Shown in pieces: positions 20,070 through 29,503 of a stretch of 64,000 nucleotides of DNA (the stretch's first letter is position 1; the number at the start of each line of letters is the position of its first letter). Under the pieces are notes generated by a model. It ran no database searches, had not been told where the DNA came from, and saw only the letters and a list, made by a program, of their open reading frames with translations. Source of the stretch: Candidatus Cloacimonadales bacterium (GTDB taxonomy: Bacteria > Cloacimonadota > Cloacimonadia > Cloacimonadales > JAFGVF01); assembly GCA_963662585.1 (NCBI GenBank), contig OY759729.1, positions 1,472,001 to 1,536,000 of the forward strand, given 5' to 3'. The position numbers and the translations under genes were made by a program.

Positions 20070-20272
20070 TTTTTTTGCTCCTTTCCAAGAGCTTCCTAAT
20101 TGGAAATGTAGGCATAATTGCATGTTGGACCCTGACGGGTCCAATTTCTTTTAGGGGTGGTCGATCGATCTACAAAGCTTTCGCTCCTCTGGAGCTTGAA
20201 GAAAAAAAGGCAGGCTGAAATACAGTCTATGGAAGCAAGGGTGCTTGCATTCCATAAAGTTGTATATAAACA

Positions 20273-22384
20273 ATCGAGTAGGGTGGTGCGTTAGCACCAT
20301 CCCTCTCACAGAACCGTGCGTACGGGACTCGTACACGGCTCCTGATAAACCTTGTAATTATTCATAATAATTAAATAAAACACTTGTAGGTTTCGATAGT
20401 AAGTCATATAGCCCTAATTGCTCAAACCATTCATTAGGTAAAGCTCTATGAATATGATAACAACCAGAATTCTTCCAATGTGTCATAGATATTTTCGGAA
20501 AATCACTTTTATGCCCAACTCTTCTAAGTTGTTGGTGAAAAGCTTTCCAACTTTTCCATTCCCGCATTTTCTTCATTCTTAGTCGCCGCCTTATCCATGA
20601 TAATAGAGACTGAAAGACTCCTTTGCAATTTGCCACCCTAAAGTAATTCGACCAACCTCTCAATATCGGATTAAGTCTTTTAATCATTGTCTGGACATTA
20701 ATTCCGCTATTCCGTGGAGTCAGTGACCGAATCTTATCTTTGAACGCTTTTACTCTTTTATCCTCTATCTTTACATATGCTTCATGTATTTCGAAGCCAA
20801 GATACTTGACTCCTTTAAATACACTCGCAATATGTGTCTTTTCTTCATTTACGATGAGATAAATTGAGTTTAGATATTCTACCGCAATTCGTTGATATTG
20901 TTCTGCTTTTTTCTTAGTCTTAGCAAAAAGTAAAATGTCATCAGCATAGCGTACTATCTCGATTCCTCGACTTTTCATTTCTTGGTCAAAACTATCAAGA
21001 TATATGTTCATAAGAAGTGGAGAGATTACCCCTCCTTGTGGACTTCCTACTTCAGTTTCGCTATACTTCCCTTCTTGCATAACACCAGACTTTAAGATTT
21101 TCTCTATCAACTTTAATAATGTTCCGTCACTTATTTTCCTATTTAATGATTGCATTATGAATTTATGATTTAATGTATCAAAACATTTTGATAAATCCAT
21201 ATCCACTACAAAAGGAAGCTCTTCCTGAACCATTAATATATGTGCTTTAGCCACTGCCTTTTGACAACTTTTGTTGGGACGGTAGCCATAGCTTTGTGGA
21301 TGAAAATCAGGTTCAAAAATTGGTTGGATGATGTTATTTATTGCCTGCTGTACGATTCTATCTTTTACAGTAGGTATTCCTAATGGCCTCATCTTACCAT
21401 TTCCTTTAGGTATCTCTACCCGTTTCACAGGTGATGGGATATACTTCCCACTTTTCAATTCTAAATGAATCTGCTCTAAGTTCTCTTGTAGAGTCTCACC
21501 AAACTTAGATATAGTAATATTATCTATACCTTCTGCACCTCTATTTTTCTTTACCTTTAGGAAAGATTCATAGAGATTACCTTTTGAGTAAACTTTATCA
21601 ATTAAACTGTACCACTTCTTCATTTAGTTTCTCCTTTTTCACAATAAACAATGTTTAAATTATACTTTCAAATGACAGTTAATTCAATGAAGACCTTCGA
21701 AGTTTTTAGCATAAAGCAATCTATCAAAGATTTTATAGGTTTTGACTATTATCCTTTTTTTTAACTTCATCTACTCAGTCTCGTAAGGTCATGATAGAAA
21801 GAAGGTACTCACCACCGTCTATCCGAGCCTTGAATCTTTCGATTCTCTTCGTTTCCTACTTTTAAGAAAATATCTCTTTAATTATGTTTATTCTTTGGTT
21901 TATCTTCATCCCTTCACATGAGATATTTCCTTTTGAAAAATATCCCCCAATATTACTAAGAATATTATCCCCTCTGTTTTATCCTCCAGTCTGTCACCAG
22001 CTTTCATAGGCAAAGGGTTAGTCACTACTACGGAATCATCTGCCACCTGCTTATGCTTAATACAACTCTTGCCTTTCAGCTTGTAGTCATAGTTACTCTA
22101 TTAGAGACATTAACAGGCTTCCCCAGTTAAGCTATCCTGCCTGAATGTAAATCCATCTGTTGTAATCCATGTAATCGACTGACTTTTGGGCGTTCTCACT
22201 TTTCGAAGAGTTACCCACTACATGAACCAAAATCAGTTTACTTTCGCTATGTTCCACATTCTTCCTGCGTCTTACTTCAGACCCTGCCGTTGCCAGCAAC
22301 GCCCTTGACCTCAGATTGACTTCCTGTCAGTTGGGTGTCAGGACTTCTTTCAGTCCATCGGCTCAGATAACATTCTGGGCAAAC
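20273..22384 (-). mobile_element. Group II intron, bacterial class C (IIC)
   Basis: DV/DVI gagccgtgtacgagtcccgtacgcacggttc...cctactcgAT at the 3' end; 5' end GTTTGCCCAGAATG immediately after the frr terminator; encodes an RT/maturase. Confidence 0.9.
20358..21623 (-). CDS. ltrA: Group II intron reverse transcriptase/maturase without endonuclease domain
   Basis: RPLGIPTVKDRIVQQA, GSPQGGVISPLL, RYADD, X-domain LNPILRGWSNYF; intact ORF. Confidence 0.95.
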   Translation of the reverse strand: MKKWYSLIDKVYSKGNLYESFLKVKKNRGAEGIDNITISKFGETLQENLEQIHLELKSGKYIPSPVKRVEIPKGNGKMRPLGIPTVKDRIVQQAINNIIQPIFEPDFHPQSYGYRPNKSCQKAVAKAHILMVQEELPFVVDMDLSKCFDTLNHKFIMQSLNRKISDGTLLKLIEKILKSGVMQEGKYSETEVGSPQGGVISPLLMNIYLDSFDQEMKSRGIEIVRYADDILLFAKTKKKAEQYQRIAVEYLNSIYLIVNEEKTHIASVFKGVKYLGFEIHEAYVKIEDKRVKAFKDKIRSLTPRNSGINVQTMIKRLNPILRGWSNYFRVANCKGVFQSLLSWIRRRLRMKKMREWKSWKAFHQQLRRVGHKSDFPKISMTHWKNSGCYHIHRALPNEWFEQLGLYDLLSKPTSVLFNYYE

Positions 22385-22415
22385 GAAAAGAGGTGCTATA
22401 TTCAGCACCTCTTTC
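22385..22415 (-). terminator. frr operon terminator and intron target hairpin
   Basis: aaagaggtgct-N6-agcacctcttt. Confidence 0.85.
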
Positions 22416-22438
22416 AATATATCTTAGAATGTTAAGAA

Positions 22439-22996
22439 TTAAACATTCAAAACATCTTTTTCTTTATTAGCTACAGTCTGATCTATCTCTTTAATCCACT
22501 TATCTGTCATGTCTTGAACATCTTTGATAAGCTTTGTTTCATCATCTTCAGAGATTTCAGAGTTTTTCTTCATTTTTTTAGCTTGGTCATTAGCATCTCG
22601 TCTAACATTACGAACAGCGATTTTAGCATCTTCACCCAATTTCTTCACTTGTTTAACTATATCTTTTCTTTTATCTTCAGTTAATGCTTGGAAAGGTAAT
22701 CTAATTACGCTTCCGTCATTATCAGGAGTAACACCGATATTAGCGGCAAGAATAGCTTTTTCAACTTCAGCAAGGATAGTTTTATCCCATGGTTGAATCA
22801 CGATAGTTCGTGCTTCAGGTACGGTAATATTTCCTAACTGTTTAATTGGAGTAGGTGTTCCATAGTAATTAATCTTGATATCATCAAGAACAGCAGGTGA
22901 AGCCTTACCAGTTCTTAATTTACTAAAATTTCTACCAAGAGCATCAAGTGCTAATTTCATATTTTCATCTGCATTCTTTAATAATTCTTGCATCAT
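22439..22996 (-). CDS. frr: Ribosome recycling factor
   Basis: RTGKASP..YYGTPTP, IQPWDK, VRNVRRDA; follows pyrH. Confidence 0.97.
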   Translation of the reverse strand: MMQELLKNADENMKLALDALGRNFSKLRTGKASPAVLDDIKINYYGTPTPIKQLGNITVPEARTIVIQPWDKTILAEVEKAILAANIGVTPDNDGSVIRLPFQALTEDKRKDIVKQVKKLGEDAKIAVRNVRRDANDQAKKMKKNSEISEDDETKLIKDVQDMTDKWIKEIDQTVANKEKDVLNV

Positions 22997-23011
22997 TGAC
23001 CTCTCAATTTC

Positions 23012-23752
23012 TTATGAATTACTTAAATCATTTCCAACAAAAGTGCCAACTTTTACATCAGCAATAGCCCTTGCTAGGTTTCCAGGTATTGATAAATCAA
23101 ATACTTTAACAGGAATATTATTCTCTTTAGCCAGAGCGAATGCAGTCATATCCATTACATTAAGCTGTCTATGAATAGCATCTTCAAAGGTTATTTCAGG
23201 AATAAATTCAGCATCAGGATACTTAGCAGGATCTTTAGTATATACCCCAGCTACTTTAGTCCCCTTAAGAACTAAATCAGCTTCTAATTCGGCAGCTCTG
23301 AGAACTACAGCAGTATCAGTAGTAAAGAAAGGATTGCCAGTTCCTCCGCAGAGGAAAACAATTTTGCCTTCTTTCATAGATTGCATAGCACGAGTAGGTG
23401 TATAGAATTTTGCGATCTTCTCTGCCTTGACAGAGCTAAGAACTTCTGTTGAGTAATTCTTTATTTTTAAGACTTCAGCAAGGTATAGAGCATTTTGAAT
23501 AGTTGCCATCATTCCTATATTATCTAATGTCACTCTATTCATTTTAGCATTGGACCATGTACCTCCGCGGAAGATATTTCCTCCACCTAGTACAATACCA
23601 ACACTGTAACCTAATCGTTTAACTTCGATAATGTCATTAGTAATTCGATCAATTAGAGCTTCATCAAAACCAAATCCCTTCTCTCCTGCGAGAAATTCGC
23701 CACTTAGTTTAATAATTACTCTATTGATTTTTTCGGGATGATAAGGACTCAT
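23012..23752 (-). CDS. pyrH: UMP kinase
   Basis: KLSGE, GGGNIFRG, GTGNPFFTTD, MDMTA. Confidence 0.97.
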   Translation of the reverse strand: MSPYHPEKINRVIIKLSGEFLAGEKGFGFDEALIDRITNDIIEVKRLGYSVGIVLGGGNIFRGGTWSNAKMNRVTLDNIGMMATIQNALYLAEVLKIKNYSTEVLSSVKAEKIAKFYTPTRAMQSMKEGKIVFLCGGTGNPFFTTDTAVVLRAAELEADLVLKGTKVAGVYTKDPAKYPDAEFIPEITFEDAIHRQLNVMDMTAFALAKENNIPVKVFDLSIPGNLARAIADVKVGTFVGNDLSNS

Positions 23753-23770
23753 TTTGCTATATCCTTTGCT

Positions 23771-24361
23771 TTAGATACTAAATCTAACAAATCTTGCAAC
23801 TTGAATATTTTCTCCAAGTCTGAAGATAGCTTCTTTAATTACTGTATCGATATCTTTTGAAGGGTCTTTGATAAATTCTTGGAAGTAAAGAGTATTAGTT
23901 TTACCGAATTTTTCAATTACACCATTAACGATTTTTTCAATAATCTTTTCTGGTTTTCCTTCTTGGATAGCTTTATTTTTAGCAATTTCTTTTTCGCTTT
24001 CAATTAATTGTTGGTCTATATCTTCAGGTCTAAGAGCGATAGGATCAGTTGCTGCGATTTGCATTGCAATGTCTTTACAAAGACTTTTGAAATCATCTGT
24101 ATTAGCCACAAAGTCAGTTTCGCAGTTAACTTCAACAAGCACACCAATTTTACCATTTCCATGGATATAAGAGTAAACTATACCCTCTTTAGTAGCTCTA
24201 TCATTTTTTGATTCAGCTTTAGCCATTCCTCTTTCACGAAGATATTTTACAGCTAAATCAACATCACCATCAGTCTCTTTGAGAGCCTTTTTGCAATCCA
24301 TCATAGCTACGCCGGTTTTTTCGCGTAATTCTTTCACCATTGCTGCAGTAATTGTTGCCAT
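23771..24361 (-). CDS. tsf: Elongation factor Ts (short form)
   Basis: VKELREKTG..MMDCKKAL, EVNCETDFVA. Confidence 0.97.
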   Translation of the reverse strand: MATITAAMVKELREKTGVAMMDCKKALKETDGDVDLAVKYLRERGMAKAESKNDRATKEGIVYSYIHGNGKIGVLVEVNCETDFVANTDDFKSLCKDIAMQIAATDPIALRPEDIDQQLIESEKEIAKNKAIQEGKPEKIIEKIVNGVIEKFGKTNTLYFQEFIKDPSKDIDTVIKEAIFRLGENIQVARFVRFSI

Positions 24362-24415
24362 TATTAACTCCTTTATAAAATCTAGATCTATATCGACCTA
24401 AATTATGATTTAATT

Positions 24416-24445
24416 AAAAAAAAGTTCCCGAATAAATCGGGAACT
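24416..24445 (-). terminator. Terminator/attenuator between rpsB and tsf
   Basis: agttcccga-N5-tcgggaact followed by a U-run on the minus strand. Confidence 0.75.
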
Positions 24446-24457
24446 GCCAATTTATTC

Positions 24458-25270
24458 TTATTGTTTATTTTCTACTTCAGCGTCTGGTTGTTTTTCTGCA
24501 ACAGCTTCCTGAACTTTCTCTTCGGAAGTTTCAGTTGCTATAGCTTCTTCCTCAACAACCGGTTGAGCTTCAACATTTCCCTCTTCAAGAATGTTTCTAC
24601 CTTCGATAACAGCATTAGCCATAACATCAGCAATTAAGCTAATAGCTCTAATAGCGTCATCGTTTGAAGGGATAACGAAATCAATCATATCCGGGTCACA
24701 GTTTGTATCAACCATACCAATTAAAGGAATACCAAGTTTTTTTGCTTCATGGATAGCAATAGCTTCTTGCTTTGTATCTACAACAAAAATAGCACCTGGA
24801 ACTTTTTCCATATTACGAATACCACCAAGACCTGATTCGATCTTGTCATGCATTCTTTTCATTTTTAAAGCTTCTAATTTTGTATAATTAGCTATGCTAC
24901 CATCTTCAGAAATCTGTTCATACTGCTTCATCTTTTCAATAGATTGGCGGATTGTCTTCATATTAGTAAGCATACCACCATACCAGCGGTTGTTTACATA
25001 AAAAACATCAGCTTTGATTGCAGCTTCTTTGATAGCATCTACAGCTTGCTTTTTAGTTCCTACAAATAATATTTCTTCGCCACGACTAGCGACATCTTTT
25101 AGGAACTGGTATGCTTCATTAACAGCATCTACAGTCTGTTTTAAATCTAATATATGGATACCATTTCTTTTGATAAAGATATATTTCTTCATCTTAGGGT
25201 TCCATTTATGAGTCTGGTGACCGAAATGAACACCAGCTTCAAGTAGTTGTTTCATTGTTACAACTGACAT
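24458..25270 (-). CDS. rpsB: 30S ribosomal protein S2
   Basis: LLEAGVHFGHQT..WNPKM, DTNCDPD, NDDAIRA. Confidence 0.98.
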   Translation of the reverse strand: MSVVTMKQLLEAGVHFGHQTHKWNPKMKKYIFIKRNGIHILDLKQTVDAVNEAYQFLKDVASRGEEILFVGTKKQAVDAIKEAAIKADVFYVNNRWYGGMLTNMKTIRQSIEKMKQYEQISEDGSIANYTKLEALKMKRMHDKIESGLGGIRNMEKVPGAIFVVDTKQEAIAIHEAKKLGIPLIGMVDTNCDPDMIDFVIPSNDDAIRAISLIADVMANAVIEGRNILEEGNVEAQPVVEEEAIATETSEEKVQEAVAEKQPDAEVENKQ

Positions 25271-25290
25271 TAAATTACTCCTCTTGTTAC

Positions 25291-25370
25291 GGTTAATTTT
25301 CTGCTTAAAATCTACGCAATTCAGTCTATTACCTTAATAACAGACACCGCCTTGCAACTTTCAAGCAGCT
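25291..25370 (-). promoter_or_regulatory. Structured rpsB 5' leader (t44/S2-autoregulation-like)
   Basis: Enclosing stem ctgcttgaaa/ttttaagcag, internal hairpin gtctgtta..taatagac, ends AATTAACC before the SD. Confidence 0.5.
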
Positions 25371-25394
25371 TTCTTGCTAATCTGAAATAATAGA

Positions 25395-25781
25395 TTAACG
25401 CTTTGAGAACTGGAATTTTTTTCTTGCTTTTGGACGACCTGGTTTCTTTCTTTCGACCATTCTTGGGTCACGAGTAAGGAAACCATTCTTTTTAAGATCA
25501 CCCTTTAAAGCTTCATCATAGATAACTAAGGCTCTAGAAACACCATGTCTTATAGCACCAGCTTGGCCAGATAATCCACCACCGATAACATTGACTTTAA
25601 GGTCAAGCTTATCAGATAAACCAGAAACATTAAATGGCTGTTCAACAACCATTTCAAGAACTTCTCTTTGGAGGTAATCTTTCATAAGCTTACCATTGAT
25701 AATTCTTTTACCGGTACCTTGGGTGATTCTAACTCGTGCTACAGCATTTTTTCTTCTGCCTGTTGCGTCGAAATACTGCAT
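25395..25781 (-). CDS. rpsI: 30S ribosomal protein S9
   Basis: [38 protein letters not shown]. Confidence 0.98.
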   Translation of the reverse strand: MQYFDATGRRKNAVARVRITQGTGKRIINGKLMKDYLQREVLEMVVEQPFNVSGLSDKLDLKVNVIGGGLSGQAGAIRHGVSRALVIYDEALKGDLKKNGFLTRDPRMVERKKPGRPKARKKFQFSKR

Positions 25782-25795
25782 TAATTTCTCCTAAA

Positions 25796-26218
25796 CTATA
25801 AAGTCTTTGGTTGTTGAGCTGTATGAGGATGTTCAGTTCCAGCATACACTTTCAGTTTCTTGAACATTTGTCTGCCAAGGGTATTTTTTGGTAACATACC
25901 TTTCACAGCACTTCTAATAATTTCTTCAGGTTTAGAGTCTAACATTCTTTTGAAGCTAACTTCTCTTAAACCACTTGGATAGCCACTGTAGTTCTGATAC
26001 ACTTTTGAATCTGCTTTTGTACCAGTAACTCCAACTTTCTCTGCATTAAGAACAACCACATAATCACCACAATCTAAGTTTGTAGCAAAATAAGGTTTGT
26101 TTTTTCCGCGGAGAATGGAAGCTATTTTAGTAGCAATACGACCTAAAGTTTGACCTTCAGCATCGATAACATACCATTCCCTATGGATTTGATCCGGGGT
26201 GGGAGTTAAAGTCTTCAT
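25796..26218 (-). CDS. rplM: 50S ribosomal protein L13
   Basis: [35 protein letters not shown]. Confidence 0.98.
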   Translation of the reverse strand: MKTLTPTPDQIHREWYVIDAEGQTLGRIATKIASILRGKNKPYFATNLDCGDYVVVLNAEKVGVTGTKADSKVYQNYSGYPSGLREVSFKRMLDSKPEEIIRSAVKGMLPKNTLGRQMFKKLKVYAGTEHPHTAQQPKTL

Positions 26219-26382
26219 CCTTTCTCCTTTTCTTTACTTATTATATAAGTTAATTCACAATTTTATAAGGAGTTAAATATAAAACTCCTTTAGCGTAACA
26301 AAATATTTACTATACCCTATATATGTCAAGAAATTAATCCAAACAGGGAAAAATATTTTGTTCACTTATTTCCTAAAAAGAC

Positions 26383-26410
26383 AAAAAGAGGTTCATGCGA
26401 ACCTCTTTTT
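26383..26410. terminator. Bidirectional-type terminator ending the pilus cluster
   Basis: aaaaagaggttc-atgc-gaacctcttttt. Confidence 0.8.
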
Positions 26411-26430
26411 ATATATTTATTGAATGTTAA

Positions 26431-27684
26431 TTATTTAAGACCTTCTGACATCGCTTCACCAAGATTAAAGATTGGTAAGTAGATAACAATAATAATTGAA
26501 CCCACAACACCAGCCATAATAATAATCAAAATAGGTTCGATGAGAGAAGTTAGTTTTTCAATAACTGAATCTATGATTTTATCATAGAATGAAGCAGTTT
26601 TACTTAAGAGTTTATCTAAATCTCCTGTCTCTTCACCAGTACTTATCATCTGTAAAAGAGTTGAAGGAAAAGCATTGGTAGATCTAAAGGCTTGGGCAAT
26701 ACCATAACCCTCTTTGATCATTACACGAGAACGCCTAACAGCACTCTCAATAACAGCGTTTCCAACCACATTTTCTACAAGCTCTAAAGTATCCATAATC
26801 GGAACACCGGCTTTCATAAGAATAGAGAAGGTTCTGGAGAATTTACTCATTACAGAGCTTTCTACCAATCCTCCCACTACAGGAATTTTAAGTTTTATTT
26901 TATCGATTATCCATCTACCACGGTCAGTTAAATTAATTATAAAGAAAAATAATACAACTGCGATAACAATTCCAACAGTGGCAAATAAATTACCTTTGAT
27001 CACATTACTTATTGCGATAGCCACTCTGGTAGCAACCGGAAGTTCAGCACCAAAGCTTGCATAAATATCACTGAATTTAGGAATGATATAGTAGAAAAGG
27101 AACCAAACAACAAAGATCAAGAAAACTAAGATGAAGATAGGATAAGTCATCGCTGAGTTAACTTTTCTTCGTGTATCTTCAGTTCTTTCAAGATTTTCTG
27201 CTAATTCATCCAAAACAGTGTGTAGAGTACCTGAGACTTCACCAGCTTTCACCAATGAAACATAAAGCGGATTAAACACACCAGGATGTTGTTCAAATGA
27301 TTCAGATAATGAATAACCTTTGCGGATATCATCATCAACTTTCTTTAATACTTTTTTAAACTTTGGATCTTTTTCTTCTTTTCCGAGGTTAGAGATAGCT
27401 TTCTCAATAGTAAGACCAGCCGAAAACATAGTAGATAGCTGACGAGTGAAGAAAACTAAGGTTTTTAACTTAACAGCAGTTCTCATTTTGTAGATTGCTA
27501 ACATGATTTTATCAAAGAGAGATAATTTTCCCTTGAAAGAACCGTCATTAGCATTTCTTACAGAAATGATTGTTCCACCTTCAGTTGCAAGTTTATCAAT
27601 AGCTTCATCCATAGTGTTAGCTTTGATAATACCTTCTTTTCTAGCACCTTTGGCATCTTTTACAGTGTACGAGAAATTAGCCAT
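26431..27684 (-). CDS. pilC: Type IV pilus platform protein PilC (GspF family)
   Basis: FTRQLSTM, AGEVSGTL, AMTYP, GEETGDLD, LIEPIL. Confidence 0.93.
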   Translation of the reverse strand: MANFSYTVKDAKGARKEGIIKANTMDEAIDKLATEGGTIISVRNANDGSFKGKLSLFDKIMLAIYKMRTAVKLKTLVFFTRQLSTMFSAGLTIEKAISNLGKEEKDPKFKKVLKKVDDDIRKGYSLSESFEQHPGVFNPLYVSLVKAGEVSGTLHTVLDELAENLERTEDTRRKVNSAMTYPIFILVFLIFVVWFLFYYIIPKFSDIYASFGAELPVATRVAIAISNVIKGNLFATVGIVIAVVLFFFIINLTDRGRWIIDKIKLKIPVVGGLVESSVMSKFSRTFSILMKAGVPIMDTLELVENVVGNAVIESAVRRSRVMIKEGYGIAQAFRSTNAFPSTLLQMISTGEETGDLDKLLSKTASFYDKIIDSVIEKLTSLIEPILIIIMAGVVGSIIIVIYLPIFNLGEAMSEGLK

Positions 27685-27701
27685 ATTTTACCTTTATGTT
27701 T

Positions 27702-29414
27702 TTAATCGTTGATTGTAAGCTTAATTACTTCACGAATTGATGTTACGCCTTTTATCATTTTTCTGATTGCAGCATCATGAAGAGTTCTCATACCCTGTTC
27801 AAGAGCTTTTTCCTTAACTATATCTTGGTTCTTACCTTCAAAAATTAAGGCTCTTACTTCTGGTGTAATCGCTAGCAATTCAAAAATACCTTGTCTGCCG
27901 GCATAACCTGTATTGTCGCAATGTACACAACCAGCACCAATCTTGAAATTGATTTCTTTTGCTTTTTCAGCTGTAATACCAGCTTGAAGCAATTCAATTT
28001 CAGTTGGTTTATAATCTGTAATACAGTTTGGACATATCTTTCTAACTAATCTTTGAGCCATAACAAGGCAGAGAGATGAGCCAACAAGATAAGGTTTGAT
28101 ACCGATATCCATTAAACGAGTAATGGTAGAAGGTGCATCATTAGCATGAAGAGTAGAGAAAACTAAGTGACCGGTAAGTGAGAATTTAACCGCAATATCT
28201 GCAGTTTCAAAGTCTCTAATCTCACCAATAAGGACTACATCAGGGTCTTGACGCAAAACAGAACGAAGAGCTGAAAGGAAGGTTAATCCGATTTCCTCTT
28301 TAGTTTCAATTTGGGTAATACCTGCAAGTCTATATTCAACAGGGTCTTCAACTGTGATAATATTTGTTTCTATATTTTCGATAGTTTTAATAGCTGCGTG
28401 GAGAGAGGTAGATTTACCACTACCAGTAGGACCGGAAACAATGATAATACCATAAGGTCTTTTGATAACTTTTTGGAAGATTTCCAAATCATCAGCTTCA
28501 AAACCTAAGGTTTGAAGTTTAAAACCAAAATCGCCTTTATCAAGTAAACGCAACACAGCTTTTTCACCAAGCACTGTAGGAGCAATAGATACACGGACAT
28601 CCACTGATTTAATAGCAGTTTTAAGTCCCATGTGACCATCTTGAGGTAATCTTCTTTCTGCAATGTTAAGCTTAGCCATAACTTTGATTAAAGAGATTAA
28701 ACCAGCATGCATAGCAATAGGCGGATTCATAACTTCTCTTAAAGCACCATCAACACGGAAACGAACTCTTGTACTTTTAATCATAGGTTCAATATGAATA
28801 TCAGTAGTACCAGCTTTAATAGCTTCTGCAATAATAAGATTAATCATCTTAACAACAGGAGCATCAGCTTTTGATTCAGATCCACTATCAATAGAAATTT
28901 CATTATCATCACTATCTACAGCAACAAAGTCGAAATTACCAACAGCATCTTCAACTTGTGATGTTGTTCTAATACTCTTATAATATTTTTCTAAGGCATC
29001 AGTAAGTAATGAATCACCAATTAAAATTGGTTCAACATTCTTATTTAATACTTTTTTTAAACTATCTAAAATATTCAAATCATCTGGATCAGTCATCGCG
29101 ACAATACAAGTATCATCGACAACTCTCATGCAGATAACTCTATTTTCATATGCAAATGGTTCAGAAATTAAGGAAACTACTTCTACATCAAGTTCCATTA
29201 ATTCCGAAGAATTCACTATAGGAATATCCAATTGGAGTGAGATACATTCTAGAAGTTGTCTTTCTTGAATATATCCTAATTTTAATAGGGTTTCACCTAA
29301 CTTTAAAGCAAAATTATCCTGCTTAATTAAAGCTTCTTTAATCTGCTCTTCAGTGGCATACCCTTTGTGAACTATTATTTCACCTATTCTTGCGAATTGA
29401 GGATTAAATGACAT
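27702..29414 (-). CDS. pilB: Type IV pilus assembly ATPase PilB (GspE family)
   Basis: RIGEI N-domain, DIHIEP, ERRLPQDG, GPTGSGKST, LRQDPD, CxxC..CxxC; ATG start at 29414 after AAGGA. Confidence 0.93.
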   Translation of the reverse strand: MSFNPQFARIGEIIVHKGYATEEQIKEALIKQDNFALKLGETLLKLGYIQERQLLECISLQLDIPIVNSSELMELDVEVVSLISEPFAYENRVICMRVVDDTCIVAMTDPDDLNILDSLKKVLNKNVEPILIGDSLLTDALEKYYKSIRTTSQVEDAVGNFDFVAVDSDDNEISIDSGSESKADAPVVKMINLIIAEAIKAGTTDIHIEPMIKSTRVRFRVDGALREVMNPPIAMHAGLISLIKVMAKLNIAERRLPQDGHMGLKTAIKSVDVRVSIAPTVLGEKAVLRLLDKGDFGFKLQTLGFEADDLEIFQKVIKRPYGIIIVSGPTGSGKSTSLHAAIKTIENIETNIITVEDPVEYRLAGITQIETKEEIGLTFLSALRSVLRQDPDVVLIGEIRDFETADIAVKFSLTGHLVFSTLHANDAPSTITRLMDIGIKPYLVGSSLCLVMAQRLVRKICPNCITDYKPTEIELLQAGITAEKAKEINFKIGAGCVHCDNTGYAGRQGIFELLAITPEVRALIFEGKNQDIVKEKALEQGMRTLHDAAIRKMIKGVTSIREVIKLTIND

Positions 29415-29453
29415 AATCAATCCTTTATTTAAATTTGAGTTTAATTATTTTAT

Positions 29454-29483
29454 ATACCCGATACCCATAAGGATATCGGGTAT
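29454..29483 (-). terminator. Internal hairpin between the Big-1 lipoprotein gene and pilB
   Basis: atacccgata-N10-tatcgggtat; weak U-tract. Confidence 0.5.
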
Positions 29484-29503
29484 TAATTTTGAATTACTTT
29501 TGT

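Larger units (their letters stand above)
17897..20260. repeat. 2.4-kb nested repeat region: 1554-bp-period direct duplication with internal ~380-bp and 53-bp REP-like repeats
   Basis: Sequence from 17897 recurs at 19451; gctccagaggagc at 18835, 18888, 18941; inverted partner ctacaaagctttcgctcctctggagc occurs four times. Confidence 0.95.

Noticed and set aside
18044..20336. ORFs 18044..18262, 19598..19816, 19851..20060, 20151..20336
   Set aside because: They lie within MITE, REP or intron-DV sequence and show no protein motifs.
20358..21623. DGR or retron reverse transcriptase
   Set aside because: It has a maturase X domain and flanking DV/DVI intron structure. The repeat pair at 2.4/8.0 kb shows indels and mismatches not restricted to adenines, so it is not a TR/VR pair.
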